Positions 36,642-47,321 are shown, counted from the first letter of the stretch. The stretch: 64,000 bases of DNA from Patescibacteria group bacterium (GCA_038062955.1 JBBTWE010000001.1:389640-453639), one strand, 5' to 3'. Notes: generated by a model from the sequence alone, not told the origin. Made by a program: numbers and translations.

Positions 36642-39600
36642 ATGTCCGATTTTATCCATCTCCATACCCACAGTCATTATTCCCTATTAAACGCATTACC
36701 GAAAATTCCGGAACTCATAGATGCAGCTAAGGAAAATGGCATGAACGCTATCGCTCTCACTGACAGCGGTAACATGTACGGCGCTATCGAATTCTATAAA
36801 GAATGCAACAAAGCTGGAATTAAACCCATCTTAGGACTAGACGCTTATTTAGCTCAAAGAAGTTTGAAAGATAAACAGCACGGGATAGATAACAAACGCA
36901 CCCGACTTGTGCTTCTGGCAAAAAATTTAGAAGGTTACAGGAACTTGATTAAATTGGTTACCGTTTCTCATTTTGATGGTTTTTACTACAAGCCACGAAT
37001 AGATAAAGAACTTCTAGAAAAACATAAAGAAGGATTGATCTGCATCTCTCCGTTTTTGTCGAGTGAAATTGGAAATTCAGCCGGATTTAATGACTATGAG
37101 AAAGCCCTCGAAGTTGCTTTGTGGTACAAAGGAATTTTCGGCGAAGATTTTTATCAAGAAATAACTCATCACCCAGAACTTAATAAACAAAAAGAAAAAA
37201 TAGAATTTCTGCAAAAATTAGGGAAAGAAACTGGAATTCCGCTTGTAGCTTCGCAAGAAGTTTATTATTTGAAGCCTGAAGACAAGGCGGCGCGAGACAC
37301 TTTACTCGCCGTTCAGAATAATGGAGAAAGATTCAGTAAAAGTGCGGATGACGATTTAGATTTTTCTTTTATAAACGGAAAACAAGCCGAAAAATATTTT
37401 AAAAATATCCCTGACGCAATAGAAAATTCAAAAAAAATTGCAAACAAATGCAATGTCGCGCTCGAGCTTGGAAAATGGGTTTTCCCTGATTACAAATTAG
37501 ATGCTGGCAAAAACCACAATCAAGAATTACGAGAACTGGTTTATACCGGACTTAAAAAAAGAGGTTTGGAACTCACTGAAGAAGTAAATACGAGAATAGA
37601 TTACGAACTTGAAATCATAAAAAACAAGGGCTACTCTCCTTACTTTTTAGTGGTTGCCGACCTACTCAAATTTGCCAGAGAAAATAAAATCTTCAGCACA
37701 ACTAGAGGATCAGCCGCGGGCTCTATGGTTTCATATCTGACATTCATTACCACAGTAAACCCTCTTGAATATCAACTGCCATTCGAAAGATTTTTAAATC
37801 CAGAAAGACCTTCACCGCCAGATATCGATATGGATTTTGCTGATAGTCGCAGAGACGAGGTTATTAGTTATGCCAAGAAAAAATACGGTGAAGACAAAGT
37901 GGCACAAATCGGTACTTTCGGAACCATGATGGCTAGAGGAAGCGTGCGCGACGTTGCTCGGGCGCTCAATTTCCCATACACGACAGGAGACAGAATTTCT
38001 AAACTCATTCCGCTAGGTGCTCAAGGTTTCCCTATGACAATCGACAAAGCACTTTCTGAAGTTCCGGAACTTAAAAAAATCTACAAAGAAGAAAAGGATG
38101 TGAAAGAGATAATCAACATGGCGAAAAAGATCGAGGGCTGCGCGAGACACATTAGCGTGCATGCGGCTGGAGTGGTTATTTCCCCAACCCCGATTACCGA
38201 TTTTACCCCGGTCCAATTTGACCCCAAGGGCGAAGGGAAAATTATTACCCAATTTGATATGCACTCGGTTGAAGATGCCGGACTTTTAAAGTTCGACTTC
38301 CTTGGAATTAAAAATCTCTCAATCCTCGCAGACGCTGTCACAATTACGAGGAAAATGGAGAAAAAAGAAATCGACATCGAAAATATCCCGCTTGATGATA
38401 AAAAAACTTTTGAAATGCTCTCGCGAGGAGAAACAGGGGGACTTTTTCAATTAAACGGTTCTGGCCTAACTCGCTATTTAAAAGAACTCAAACCTGAAAG
38501 AATTCACGACATTAACGCTATGGTGGCACTTTACCGCCCGGGTCCGCTCGAGTCTATTCCAACATACATAGAACGAAAAAATAAATCACAACTCATCACA
38601 TACCTCGATCCCCGAATGGAAGAAATATTATCCCAGTCTTATGGGGTTATTACTTATCAAGATGACGTTATGATGATTGCCATAAAACTTGCCGGATACT
38701 CTTGGATGGAAGCCGACAAACTACGAAAAGCTATGGGTAAAAAAATTCCAGCCGAAATGGAAGCACAGAAAGAAAAGCTTTTGACCGGTCTTGTAAAAAA
38801 TGGAATGAAAAAAGAAAAGGCGGAAAAGCTCTGGGCGCTTATCGAGCCATTTGCCGCCTACGGGTTCAACAAGGCGCATGCTGCAAGTTACGGAAAAGTG
38901 GCTTATCAAACGGCTTATATGAAAGCCAATTTCCCTACCATATACATGTCAGCAGTACTTTCGGCAGATTCCGGAGACATCGAAAAAATTGCCGAAATTG
39001 TTGCGGAATGCAAACGAATGAATATTGCGGTATTACCTCCAAATGTAAACGAAAGTTTTGGCGGGTTTACTGCTCTTCCTCCTGAGGCTGGAGCTCAAAA
39101 AATAAGATTCGGTCTAAACACTATCAAAAATTTTGGAGAAGGTATCGCGCAAATAATAATTGAAGAAAGAAAAAAGAACGGCAAGTATAAAACTCTCACT
39201 GATTTTTTGTCGAGGCTCAAAGGTCAAAATTTAAATAAAAAATCGATGGAAGCACTCATAAAGTCTGGGGCACTCAACGATTTGGGAGAACGCGGCGTTA
39301 TGCTTCAAAATTTAGATAACATACTGGCTTATCTGAAAGAAAAAAATAAAGAGAGCCAGAATAACCAAAGTTCGATATTCGGAATCATGGAAAACGTGAC
39401 TGGCAGTGAAGAACTAAGTTTAACGCCTGGGAAACCGGCCGGGAAATTTGAAAAACTGGTTTGGGAAAAAGAACTTTTGGGTTTGTATATTTCGGGACAT
39501 CCTTTAGATCAATTTGATAAAACTATCAGAGAGAAATTCTTTAAAATTAAAGGCATAAAATCCAGTCTGGGAACTCCAGTAAACTCACCACAAGAAAATG

Positions 39601-39905
39601 GGGAGCAAAATCCCCAAGGAAGCACTGAAGGAATCATTCCCACAAAAACAAATGTGGTTTTGGGTGGCATTATTGAAGATATTAAAAAAATAAATACAAA
39701 AAAAGGAGATGAGATGGTTTTTTTGAAAGTTTCCGATTATACCGACAACATAGAATGTGTTATTTTCCCTCGAGTGCTTGTAGAAGCTAAAGATATTATC
39801 AAACTCGAAAACTGTATCGTCATTAAAGGCAGTTTTTCAGAAAGAAACGGCCGACCGAGCGTTGTTATCGAGAAAATTAAGTTGCTTTCTCCTGTCAAAA
39901 CTTAA
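36642..39905 (+). CDS. dnaE: DNA polymerase III alpha subunit (short form, 1087 aa)
   Basis: PHP domain FIHLHTHSHYSLL, palm and fingers motifs, C-terminal OB fold. Confidence 0.95.
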   Translation: MSDFIHLHTHSHYSLLNALPKIPELIDAAKENGMNAIALTDSGNMYGAIEFYKECNKAGIKPILGLDAYLAQRSLKDKQHGIDNKRTRLVLLAKNLEGYRNLIKLVTVSHFDGFYYKPRIDKELLEKHKEGLICISPFLSSEIGNSAGFNDYEKALEVALWYKGIFGEDFYQEITHHPELNKQKEKIEFLQKLGKETGIPLVASQEVYYLKPEDKAARDTLLAVQNNGERFSKSADDDLDFSFINGKQAEKYFKNIPDAIENSKKIANKCNVALELGKWVFPDYKLDAGKNHNQELRELVYTGLKKRGLELTEEVNTRIDYELEIIKNKGYSPYFLVVADLLKFARENKIFSTTRGSAAGSMVSYLTFITTVNPLEYQLPFERFLNPERPSPPDIDMDFADSRRDEVISYAKKKYGEDKVAQIGTFGTMMARGSVRDVARALNFPYTTGDRISKLIPLGAQGFPMTIDKALSEVPELKKIYKEEKDVKEIINMAKKIEGCARHISVHAAGVVISPTPITDFTPVQFDPKGEGKIITQFDMHSVEDAGLLKFDFLGIKNLSILADAVTITRKMEKKEIDIENIPLDDKKTFEMLSRGETGGLFQLNGSGLTRYLKELKPERIHDINAMVALYRPGPLESIPTYIERKNKSQLITYLDPRMEEILSQSYGVITYQDDVMMIAIKLAGYSWMEADKLRKAMGKKIPAEMEAQKEKLLTGLVKNGMKKEKAEKLWALIEPFAAYGFNKAHAASYGKVAYQTAYMKANFPTIYMSAVLSADSGDIEKIAEIVAECKRMNIAVLPPNVNESFGGFTALPPEAGAQKIRFGLNTIKNFGEGIAQIIIEERKKNGKYKTLTDFLSRLKGQNLNKKSMEALIKSGALNDLGERGVMLQNLDNILAYLKEKNKESQNNQSSIFGIMENVTGSEELSLTPGKPAGKFEKLVWEKELLGLYISGHPLDQFDKTIREKFFKIKGIKSSLGTPVNSPQENGEQNPQGSTEGIIPTKTNVVLGGIIEDIKKINTKKGDEMVFLKVSDYTDNIECVIFPRVLVEAKDIIKLENCIVIKGSFSERNGRPSVVIEKIKLLSPVKT

Positions 39906-39960
39906 ACAGAAATACTTTCCACTATCTTAATAAAAGTGTTAATATTCTTCTAATATTGTT

Positions 39961-41706
39961 ATGTCAAAAGAAAATAAAGAAGATAATCTTAATAATTTAA
40001 GGCATTCGCTCGCTCACCTGCTCGCGGCGGCGGTTTTGGATATTTACCCCAAAGCTTTGCCAACAATCGGTCCAGCTATCGAAAATGGTTTTTACTATGA
40101 TTTTGATAATCTCGAAATCTCTGATAAAGATTTGCCAAAAATCGAGCAAAAGATGAGAGAGATTTTAAAATCCTGGAAAGAATTCAGTCACAAGGAAGTT
40201 TCTGCCGCAGAAGCTAATAAAATATACAAAGGAAACCCATACAAACTTGAACTCATTTCTGAAATAGATTCAAAAGGAGAAAAAATCACATTGTACACAG
40301 CAGGAGATTTTACCGATCTATGCCGAGGTGGACATTTAGAAAATCCATCGAAGGAAATTAAATCTGACGCTTTTAAATTAGACAGGATTGCCGGTGCTTA
40401 TTGGCGTGGAAACGAAAAAAATAAAATGCTTAATCGCATTTACGGTTTGGCATTCAAAACTAAAGACGAATTAAAAAGTTACGAAACCGGACAAGAAGAA
40501 GCTAAAAAAAGAGATCATAGAAAATTGGGAAAAGACCTTGATCTTTTTACCATTTCTGAACTTGTAGGCGGCGGTCTTCCCCTTTTCACTCCAAAAGGAA
40601 CGGTCTTGAGAGAAATGCTTGCGTCATATTCTCAAGAACTTCAAGCAATGTATGGTTTTGAACGAGTCTGGACCCCTCATATGGCTCGAACAGAGTTATA
40701 CAAACATTCCGGCCATTTCGATAAATATCCAGAACGATTTGAAGTGACGAGTGCTGAAAGTACGGATGTGTTCATGTTGAAACCCATGAACTGCCCTCAT
40801 CATGCCCAACTCTTTGCTCGCAAGCCATGGAGCTACCGAGAACTGCCGGTGCGCTACATGGAGAACACTACAAACTATCGTGACGAGAAACACGGCGAGC
40901 TTCACGGACTCTCACGGGTGCGTTCTCTGTCGCAAGACGATGGTCATATATTCTGCCAAGAAACACATATTGAAGAAGAATTTAGAAACATCATTCGGAT
41001 GGTCAAAAAGCTGTACAAAGCTTTGGGCCTTCAATTTTACGTTCGCCTTTCTTTTAGAGATGACTCAGACAAATTCCTGGGAGATGCAAACATCTGGAAA
41101 CGAGCGGAAAGCATGATTGCAAAAGTGGCGGCAGATGAAAAACTTGAGACAGTCATTGGTCTCGGAGAAGCTGCATTTTACGGCCCCAAACTTGATTTCC
41201 TGGTTAAAGATGCTCTCGGACGTGAATGGCAATGCGCTACAATACAACTCGATTTCGTTCAACCAGAACGTTTTGGTTTGTCATACACCGATTCTGACGG
41301 AAAAGAGAAGCGGCCAGTGATGATCCACAAAGCACTTCTTGGCTCTATTGAAAGATTCATTTCTGTATACATTGAGCATACAAATGGAAATTTCCCTCTC
41401 TGGCTTTCCCCTGTTCAAATAAAAGTTATTCCAATCCGAGAAAATCATAATGCCTTTGCAAAAGAAATATCGGATGCCCTCAAAAATAATGGCGTTCGAG
41501 TAAAATTAGACGATTCCGATGAAGGTTTGGGCAAAAAAGTTCGGGCAGCAAAAGTAGATAAAATTCCATATTGGCTTGTAATTGGAGATAAAGAAATGGC
41601 TGAAGGAAAAGTCACTTTAGAAAGCCGTGACAAAGGAAAGATTGGAGAATTCACTCTTGAATCTCTAAAACAACTCCTCAAAAAAGAAATCGACGAAAAA
41701 ATCTAA
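39961..41706 (+). CDS. thrS: Threonyl-tRNA synthetase (no TGS domain)
   Basis: LRHSLAHLLAAAV editing-domain motif, HRKLGKDLDLF, class II core PMNCPHH, C-terminal anticodon-binding domain. Confidence 0.95.
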   Translation: MSKENKEDNLNNLRHSLAHLLAAAVLDIYPKALPTIGPAIENGFYYDFDNLEISDKDLPKIEQKMREILKSWKEFSHKEVSAAEANKIYKGNPYKLELISEIDSKGEKITLYTAGDFTDLCRGGHLENPSKEIKSDAFKLDRIAGAYWRGNEKNKMLNRIYGLAFKTKDELKSYETGQEEAKKRDHRKLGKDLDLFTISELVGGGLPLFTPKGTVLREMLASYSQELQAMYGFERVWTPHMARTELYKHSGHFDKYPERFEVTSAESTDVFMLKPMNCPHHAQLFARKPWSYRELPVRYMENTTNYRDEKHGELHGLSRVRSLSQDDGHIFCQETHIEEEFRNIIRMVKKLYKALGLQFYVRLSFRDDSDKFLGDANIWKRAESMIAKVAADEKLETVIGLGEAAFYGPKLDFLVKDALGREWQCATIQLDFVQPERFGLSYTDSDGKEKRPVMIHKALLGSIERFISVYIEHTNGNFPLWLSPVQIKVIPIRENHNAFAKEISDALKNNGVRVKLDDSDEGLGKKVRAAKVDKIPYWLVIGDKEMAEGKVTLESRDKGKIGEFTLESLKQLLKKEIDEKI

Positions 41707-43091
41707 CCTTTGTGGCCCGAAAAGTGCTTTTCTACCATATCCTCATCAATCACGAGCCATCTGGATTCATCTGCAGGGACAGCCATCGAGGCTGGATTTG
41801 ATAATCCATCAACCACTATTGTCTCTGTGGTCTTTTTTAATTCATCAATAATATTATGAAGTTGAATCACACCCTCTGTAATACTGTTATGAGTTTTTTC
41901 CATTAAAAGTAAAATGGCCTCGGCAGAAATTACTACTTCTCTTTTTTGAGCCTCAGATTGAATGATGTCGGCAATATCTTTTTCTGGACCCTTTTCAAAT
42001 ACCCCTTCTTTTTCTTCTTCGGCGCGAGCTTGTTTCTTGAAATAAACAATCATGCCCGAAAGAATAGCCGCGCCGATAAGCACAACAAGAGTTGAGAGAA
42101 TTTTCCAACCAATAAAACTAAATTCAGCATCATTCTTGGGAGTCTCTTCTTCCACCACCACGCTCGGAGAAACTGACGGAATTTGGTCCTCGGAAAAAGC
42201 ACCCAAAACTTCGCCTCCAGATTTCACCCCCACAGAGCAGATTCTTAAAATACTTTGCGAACCAGAAGTGATTTCCACATTGGCAGTTCTCTCCCCGGTC
42301 CTATCGTAAATTTCTGAAACCGCTTGAGAATTCCCGCGCAAATTATCGCCAAACCAAGAATATCTGTATTCTCCGGTACCGCCGGACGCAAGTGCCGTCC
42401 AAGTAACCGCTTCTCCCGAATTGATAGAATCTGAATCGGCATAGCACTCGCCTTCTAATTCTGGATCAGGTTCAATCGTTACCGAACATTCACGCACCGT
42501 ACTGTGTCCATCAGAAGTAATTACCACTGTTGCATCTTTGTGTCCCGGAAAATTATAAACTCGAGAAATACCACTTCCAGAACCACGCAAATCATCGGTA
42601 CCGCTCCAAGCGAAGTCATACCTGCCGTCTCCGCCCGCAGCTTCTACCCGCCAGTCGACCCTATCGCTTTCTCTTAAAATTGAAGATTGGGCAAAACAAC
42701 TTCCCGTCAAAGTTTGGAAAGTTTCGAGAACTATCAGATTACAAGACGGAGTGACACTCTGCTCTGCTGAATAAACAGTTACTGTTGCTTCAACCGTTCC
42801 TGGTCGACTATAAATTTTTGCAACTCTACGATTGTTGCCGATAAGATTATCTGTGCCTGTCCAAAAATATGAATAATTTCCACTTCCGCCCTCGGCCTCA
42901 ACTGTCCAGACAGCCGTCTCGCCAACTTTTATAGCTATTGGATTTACAAAACAGCTGGCCGTTAGATTTTGAGCGCTTGCAACTTGTGGAAAAACTATCA
43001 CAAAAAGCATCGTGACAATTGTGGCCACTTGGATAATCAAATCATTCAAATTTTGCGTAGTTTTAGTCCCCATACAATTTAAATCGTCCAT
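41703..43091 (-). CDS. Membrane-anchored protein with four tandem ~70-aa extracytoplasmic repeats, one TM helix and a cytoplasmic tail
   Basis: Repeats of SC..W.VEA.GG.G.Y.Y.W.GTD.L.G, then TM LSTLVVLIGAAILSGMIVYF. Confidence 0.7.
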   Translation of the reverse strand: MDDLNCMGTKTTQNLNDLIIQVATIVTMLFVIVFPQVASAQNLTASCFVNPIAIKVGETAVWTVEAEGGSGNYSYFWTGTDNLIGNNRRVAKIYSRPGTVEATVTVYSAEQSVTPSCNLIVLETFQTLTGSCFAQSSILRESDRVDWRVEAAGGDGRYDFAWSGTDDLRGSGSGISRVYNFPGHKDATVVITSDGHSTVRECSVTIEPDPELEGECYADSDSINSGEAVTWTALASGGTGEYRYSWFGDNLRGNSQAVSEIYDRTGERTANVEITSGSQSILRICSVGVKSGGEVLGAFSEDQIPSVSPSVVVEEETPKNDAEFSFIGWKILSTLVVLIGAAILSGMIVYFKKQARAEEEKEGVFEKGPEKDIADIIQSEAQKREVVISAEAILLLMEKTHNSITEGVIQLHNIIDELKKTTETIVVDGLSNPASMAVPADESRWLVIDEDMVEKHFSGHKG

Positions 43092-43155
43092 TCATAGAAG
43101 ACGTTCCATTTGGTATTTATATACCAATATATTCTTCATAACAACCATTTTTACC

Positions 43156-43184
43156 TTGACTTTAGTGACATACCATGATACATT
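43156..43184 (+). promoter_or_regulatory. Putative promoter of the island-C gene
   Basis: TTGACT, 17 nt, TACATT; the spacer shares ATACCATGA with the island-A promoter. Confidence 0.4.
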
Positions 43185-43328
43185 ATAAAAAGCTGGCTTT
43201 CGAGCCATTTTACGAAATTGATAGTTCTTTAAACAAAGTTGGTGCGGGATTTTAGAGTAGAAACAATTCTAAGCTGAAATCCCCCACCAACTCTATTTCA
43301 GAGAAGGTTTTTCGGGATAAGAGGAAAA

Positions 43329-43661
43329 ATGTACAAATACGATCTGAAAGATTGGGTGATCACCTTGGTGATGTGTGTTGTGGTGGTGATTGTTTTGCGT
43401 CTTTCTGCCGATTACTTCTTTCCATCAACGAGAAGTTTGGAATATGTGGTCGGTAGTGATACAGAGAAGGCCATCAACCAAGTTCTTGGTTCATCTAGAG
43501 AATACCGACTGGTCACCGAAGACGGGATGGTGGCGAAGGATCTCATCCCTAGCCACACGCTACCCGATCTTGGAAGTCAGAAGTTCGTGATCATCGTGGT
43601 GAACGATCCAGACACAGGTACGCTGAAGCGATTCACCTACCTTCCGTCGCAATCTCGTTGA
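43329..43661 (+). CDS. Hypothetical small membrane protein, 110 aa, GC-rich island family member C
   Basis: N-terminal TM VITLVMCVVVVIVL; TEDGMVAKDLIP...VIIVVNDPDTGTLKRF matches the family motif; followed by its own terminator. Confidence 0.6.
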   Translation: MYKYDLKDWVITLVMCVVVVIVLRLSADYFFPSTRSLEYVVGSDTEKAINQVLGSSREYRLVTEDGMVAKDLIPSHTLPDLGSQKFVIIVVNDPDTGTLKRFTYLPSQSR

Positions 43662-43683
43662 CCCCTTCTCACCCCGCTCAATC

Positions 43684-43727
43684 GCCCGCGCAACTTCGCA
43701 AGAAGCATGCCGGGCGGTTTTTTTATT
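43684..43727 (+). terminator. Rho-independent terminator of the island-C gene
   Basis: cgcccg-N21-cgggcg hairpin plus T7. Confidence 0.65.
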
Positions 43728-43773
43728 TCAAATTTAACTTTATAACTTTACACTTTATAACTTTCAACTATCT

Positions 43774-45921
43774 TTAAATATCTATATTCGCTTTGTTTGC
43801 GTTAAATTGAATAAACGACTTTCTAGAAGGAACATCAGTTCCCATTAAAACATCAAATATTTTATCTGCCTCAACCGCATCATCTACCGTTACTTGTTTG
43901 AGCACCCTTTTCGATGGATCCATTGTCGTCTCCCAGAGTTCTTCAGCATTCATTTCTCCAAGACCTTTGTAACGCTGGATCAAAACTTTTCTGCCGGCCT
44001 TTTCTGTTTGTTCTCCCTCTTCCCCCTCTTCAACTTCCCCTTCCACTTCAGCAACTTCTTCTTTCTTACTTACTTTCCATCCTGCCAAAACATTTTCTTT
44101 TTCCAAGTCAGAATAAGCGTAAGCCATCTCTTTTCCTCTTTTTATTTTATAGAGAGGTGGTTGGGCAATATAAACAAAACCTTTTTCCACCAAAACTTTA
44201 AAGTGTCGATAAAAGAGAGTTAGAAGCAAAGTGCGAATATGCGCTCCGTCCACGTCAGCATCGGTTGCGATGATAAGTTTGTGATATCGGAGTTTGGTCA
44301 AATCAAAAGTCTCGCCAATTGCCGTGCCGATTGCAATAACAATGGCTTTGATTTCCGCGTGCCCCAAGATTTTATCAATTCTGGCTCTTTCTACGTTAAG
44401 CGGTTTACCTTTAAGAGGCAATATAGCTTGAGTGCGTCTGTCGCGGCCTTGCTTGGCTGTGCCACCTGCCGAATCTCCCTCCACAATAAAGAGTTCGGCT
44501 TCTTCCGCTGGAGTACCGCTTTGGCAATCAGAAAGCTTTCCAGGCAGAGTCATGCCTTCGAGCGCACCTTTTCGGAGCACTGAATCCTTAGCCGCCTTAG
44601 CCGCTTTTCGAGCTCGGAGAGCCAAGATTGCCTTACTTATGATCGAACGGGCATCGTCTGGATGTTCTTCTAGAAAATAAGCAAAAGCTTCACTAAAAAC
44701 AGTTTCCACCATACTTCGTGCCTCTACTGTACCAAGCTTAGATTTGGTCTGACCTTCAAATTGAATTTCTCGAAGTTTAACCGAAAGCACAACGGTAAGT
44801 CCTTCTAAAACATCATCACCGGTAAAGTTATCCTCATCGCCTTTTTGAAGATTATTATTTTTCGCGTAAGTATTCAGCGTTCGAGTGAGAGCTGTTTTAA
44901 AACCAGTCAAATGAGTACCTCCTTCTGAATTAAAAATATTGTTAGCAAACGGAAGAATCCTTGAGGAAATATCGTCAGTATATTGAAGAGCAATCTCCAC
45001 CGACTCGTGTTCATTAGAAAATTTTTCAACGTAAAAAATATTCTTGTGAATTATTTTAAATTGATGATTAAGAAAAGTCACCATCGAGCGGAGTCCTCCT
45101 TCAAAATAAAAGCTGTGGGATTTAAGTTCAAGCTCAAGTTCTCGGAGATAAAACGCTTCCAAGTCCTCAATTTTGCCCTCGTAATCCCGAGCATCAATTA
45201 CGGTAACTCGCGTACTTTTCACCAAATAAGCTTGTTGCCTTAAATGACTAACTACCTTATCAAAATCAAATCGAACATCAGGAAAAATTTCCTTGTCTGG
45301 TTCAAATGTAGTTATCGTGCCTCGCCTATCTGACTTGCCGATTTTTTTGACGTTCTCTTGTTTTTTTCCTTGTTTATATTCCTGAATAAATTTTCCGCCA
45401 TCTCTGTGTACAACAACTCTGGTAAAAATGGAGAGCGCATTTACAACCGAAGCTCCCACGCCGTGAAGTCCTCCAGAAACTTTGTATCCTTCACCACCGA
45501 ATTTTCCTCCGGCATGGAGAGTTGTCATAATTGTTTCAAGAGCGGAAACTTTTGTTTCTTTGTGGACATCGACTGGAATACCTCGACCATTGTCCGTCAC
45601 ACGCACCCTATTTCCTGGAAGAAGAGCTACCTCAATATCATTAGCAAAACCACCCATCGCTTCATCACGAGAGTTGTCCCAAATTTCGGTAATCAAATGA
45701 TGCAGACCGTCGGGTCCTGTAGTGCCGATATACATTCCCGGCCTTTTTCTAACTGGGTCGAGACCTTTGAGAACGGTTATATCTTGAGCGCTATAACTGC
45801 TTTTATCTTTTTTTTCTGGCTGTTTTTTGATCATGAATTCTTTGGGATTTATCAATATTTGACCCTCCCAAAAAGGAGGGCTGTTACTCCTTATTTTAGC
45901 AGAAATTGCCAGATTATTCAA
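43774..45921 (-). CDS. gyrB: DNA gyrase subunit B (type IIA topoisomerase ATPase subunit)
   Basis: GHKL ATPase LHHLITEIWDNSRDEA, TOPRIM EGDSAGG; the true start may be internal (TTG with GGAGGG SD or ATG at ~45834). Confidence 0.92.
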   Translation of the reverse strand: MNNLAISAKIRSNSPPFWEGQILINPKEFMIKKQPEKKDKSSYSAQDITVLKGLDPVRKRPGMYIGTTGPDGLHHLITEIWDNSRDEAMGGFANDIEVALLPGNRVRVTDNGRGIPVDVHKETKVSALETIMTTLHAGGKFGGEGYKVSGGLHGVGASVVNALSIFTRVVVHRDGGKFIQEYKQGKKQENVKKIGKSDRRGTITTFEPDKEIFPDVRFDFDKVVSHLRQQAYLVKSTRVTVIDARDYEGKIEDLEAFYLRELELELKSHSFYFEGGLRSMVTFLNHQFKIIHKNIFYVEKFSNEHESVEIALQYTDDISSRILPFANNIFNSEGGTHLTGFKTALTRTLNTYAKNNNLQKGDEDNFTGDDVLEGLTVVLSVKLREIQFEGQTKSKLGTVEARSMVETVFSEAFAYFLEEHPDDARSIISKAILALRARKAAKAAKDSVLRKGALEGMTLPGKLSDCQSGTPAEEAELFIVEGDSAGGTAKQGRDRRTQAILPLKGKPLNVERARIDKILGHAEIKAIVIAIGTAIGETFDLTKLRYHKLIIATDADVDGAHIRTLLLTLFYRHFKVLVEKGFVYIAQPPLYKIKRGKEMAYAYSDLEKENVLAGWKVSKKEEVAEVEGEVEEGEEGEQTEKAGRKVLIQRYKGLGEMNAEELWETTMDPSKRVLKQVTVDDAVEADKIFDVLMGTDVPSRKSFIQFNANKANIDI

Positions 45922-45938
45922 AAGAAAAAAACATTAAA

Positions 45939-47081
45939 TTATCTCATAGTGGCCTTAAATTGAGCCACAGTTTTTTCCTCTAATTTTTTATGGAGCTTAT
46001 CCACTTCTTCGTTAGTTAAAGTTCTTCCAAGAGAGCGGTAAATAACTCTGAAAGTATAACTTATTTTATCTTTGCCAAATTTTTTTTCGTCTTCGTAGGT
46101 GTCTATCGTCTGCACTTCTTCAACAAGATCTTCGGCGACATCACGAACAACTTCATAATAAGAATTTAGCTTGACTTCCTTGTCAATAATAAAAGAAATG
46201 TCTCTTACAATCGGCGGATATTTGCTTACTTCTTTGAACTTACTATCTATATTCTTAAACTGTTTCGTAATTCTCTCGTCGTTAGACCAAAGAATCCTGA
46301 TGTCTGGAATACCCATTTTTATCATAGCCAGCCTTTCCCCAAAACCAAAAGCTAGACCGTTGTATTTTTCTGGATCCAAATTAAAATTTTTAAGAACTTG
46401 TGGATGGACCAGTCCCGCACCATTTACTTCAAGCCATTTACCGTTAAATTTTATATCCATTTCAAGAGAAGGGTTCGTGAAAGGAAAAGTATCAACTAAA
46501 AATTTATACTCAATTTGAGAGCCCAATACGCTCTTGGCCATATCAATTTGGACTTCTTCAAGGTCTTTAAGGGTAAGAACTTTTTTTGATTTTTTACAAA
46601 TATATAGTCCATCAATCTGGTGAAAGGCTGGATAATGATTTCTATCAATCTCATCTTTTCTAAAAACAATACCGGTAGAAAGAGCGGCGATTTCTCCAGT
46701 ACTTTCCAATCTTTCCAAAACCTCCTTATCTGTGAGGTAAAATGACCACATAACTGTCATTTGGGTCCGGAGAAGATTATTTTGGTCAAGGTAATAAGTG
46801 TCCGTTTCACCGCGGCTTGGATGATTTTGAGGGGTATTTAACAAATCGAAGTTTTCTTTCACTGTAACCACACGTGGAAATTCAACCAAATCAAAATCTT
46901 TGAAACGCTGGAGGGCTAATATTTGATCGAATAAAATTTTTACTGGGGAATTTTTCTTTTTGGTCAAATCCGGCAGAGCCAGAAGATTTTGAATACGCAA
47001 ACTTTTGAAATCAGTCTGTTTTTTTATCTCTTCTATAAGATCTTTTTCTCTCTGGGTGTCAATGATGATATTTCTTCTCAT
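45939..47081 (-). CDS. pheS: Phenylalanyl-tRNA synthetase alpha subunit
   Basis: HPSRGETDTYYL, FRKDEIDRNHYPAFHQIDG, FGFGERLAMIK class II motifs. Confidence 0.93.
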   Translation of the reverse strand: MRRNIIIDTQREKDLIEEIKKQTDFKSLRIQNLLALPDLTKKKNSPVKILFDQILALQRFKDFDLVEFPRVVTVKENFDLLNTPQNHPSRGETDTYYLDQNNLLRTQMTVMWSFYLTDKEVLERLESTGEIAALSTGIVFRKDEIDRNHYPAFHQIDGLYICKKSKKVLTLKDLEEVQIDMAKSVLGSQIEYKFLVDTFPFTNPSLEMDIKFNGKWLEVNGAGLVHPQVLKNFNLDPEKYNGLAFGFGERLAMIKMGIPDIRILWSNDERITKQFKNIDSKFKEVSKYPPIVRDISFIIDKEVKLNSYYEVVRDVAEDLVEEVQTIDTYEDEKKFGKDKISYTFRVIYRSLGRTLTNEEVDKLHKKLEEKTVAQFKATMR

Positions 47082-47096
47082 TTTTGTTTTCTAGGG

Positions 47097-47169
47097 AGCC
47101 GCCTCCCAGACTTGAACTGGGGACCTTTGCTTTACAAAAGCATTGCTCTACCAACTGAGCTAAGGCGGC
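47097..47169 (-). tRNA. tRNA-Thr (anticodon UGU); no encoded CCA
   Basis: Reverse complement GCCGCCT-TA-GCTC-AGTTGGTA-GAGC-A-ATGCT-TTTGTAA-AGCAA-AGGTC-CCCAG-TTCAAGT-CTGGG-AGGCGGC-T cloverleaf. Confidence 0.85.
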
Positions 47170-47171
47170 GT

Positions 47172-47321
47172 ATAAAACTAATAACTTGATAATCTGAATG
47201 TGCTATTTTGATTGATTCCTACCAAGACAGCTAAGTCCTGGCGTACATAAATTAATAACTCACTAATATGAATGCATCATTTCTGGTCGATTTCTACCAA
47301 GACAGCTAAGGCGGCAAAATC
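47172..47321 (-). pseudogene. Two decayed tandem copies (~75-bp period) of the tRNA-Thr gene upstream of the intact copy
   Basis: ttcctaccaagacagctaagtcctggcgta and tttctaccaagacagctaaggcggcaaa retain the acceptor and D-arm half of ctctaccaactgagctaaggcggcgta. Confidence 0.5.
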
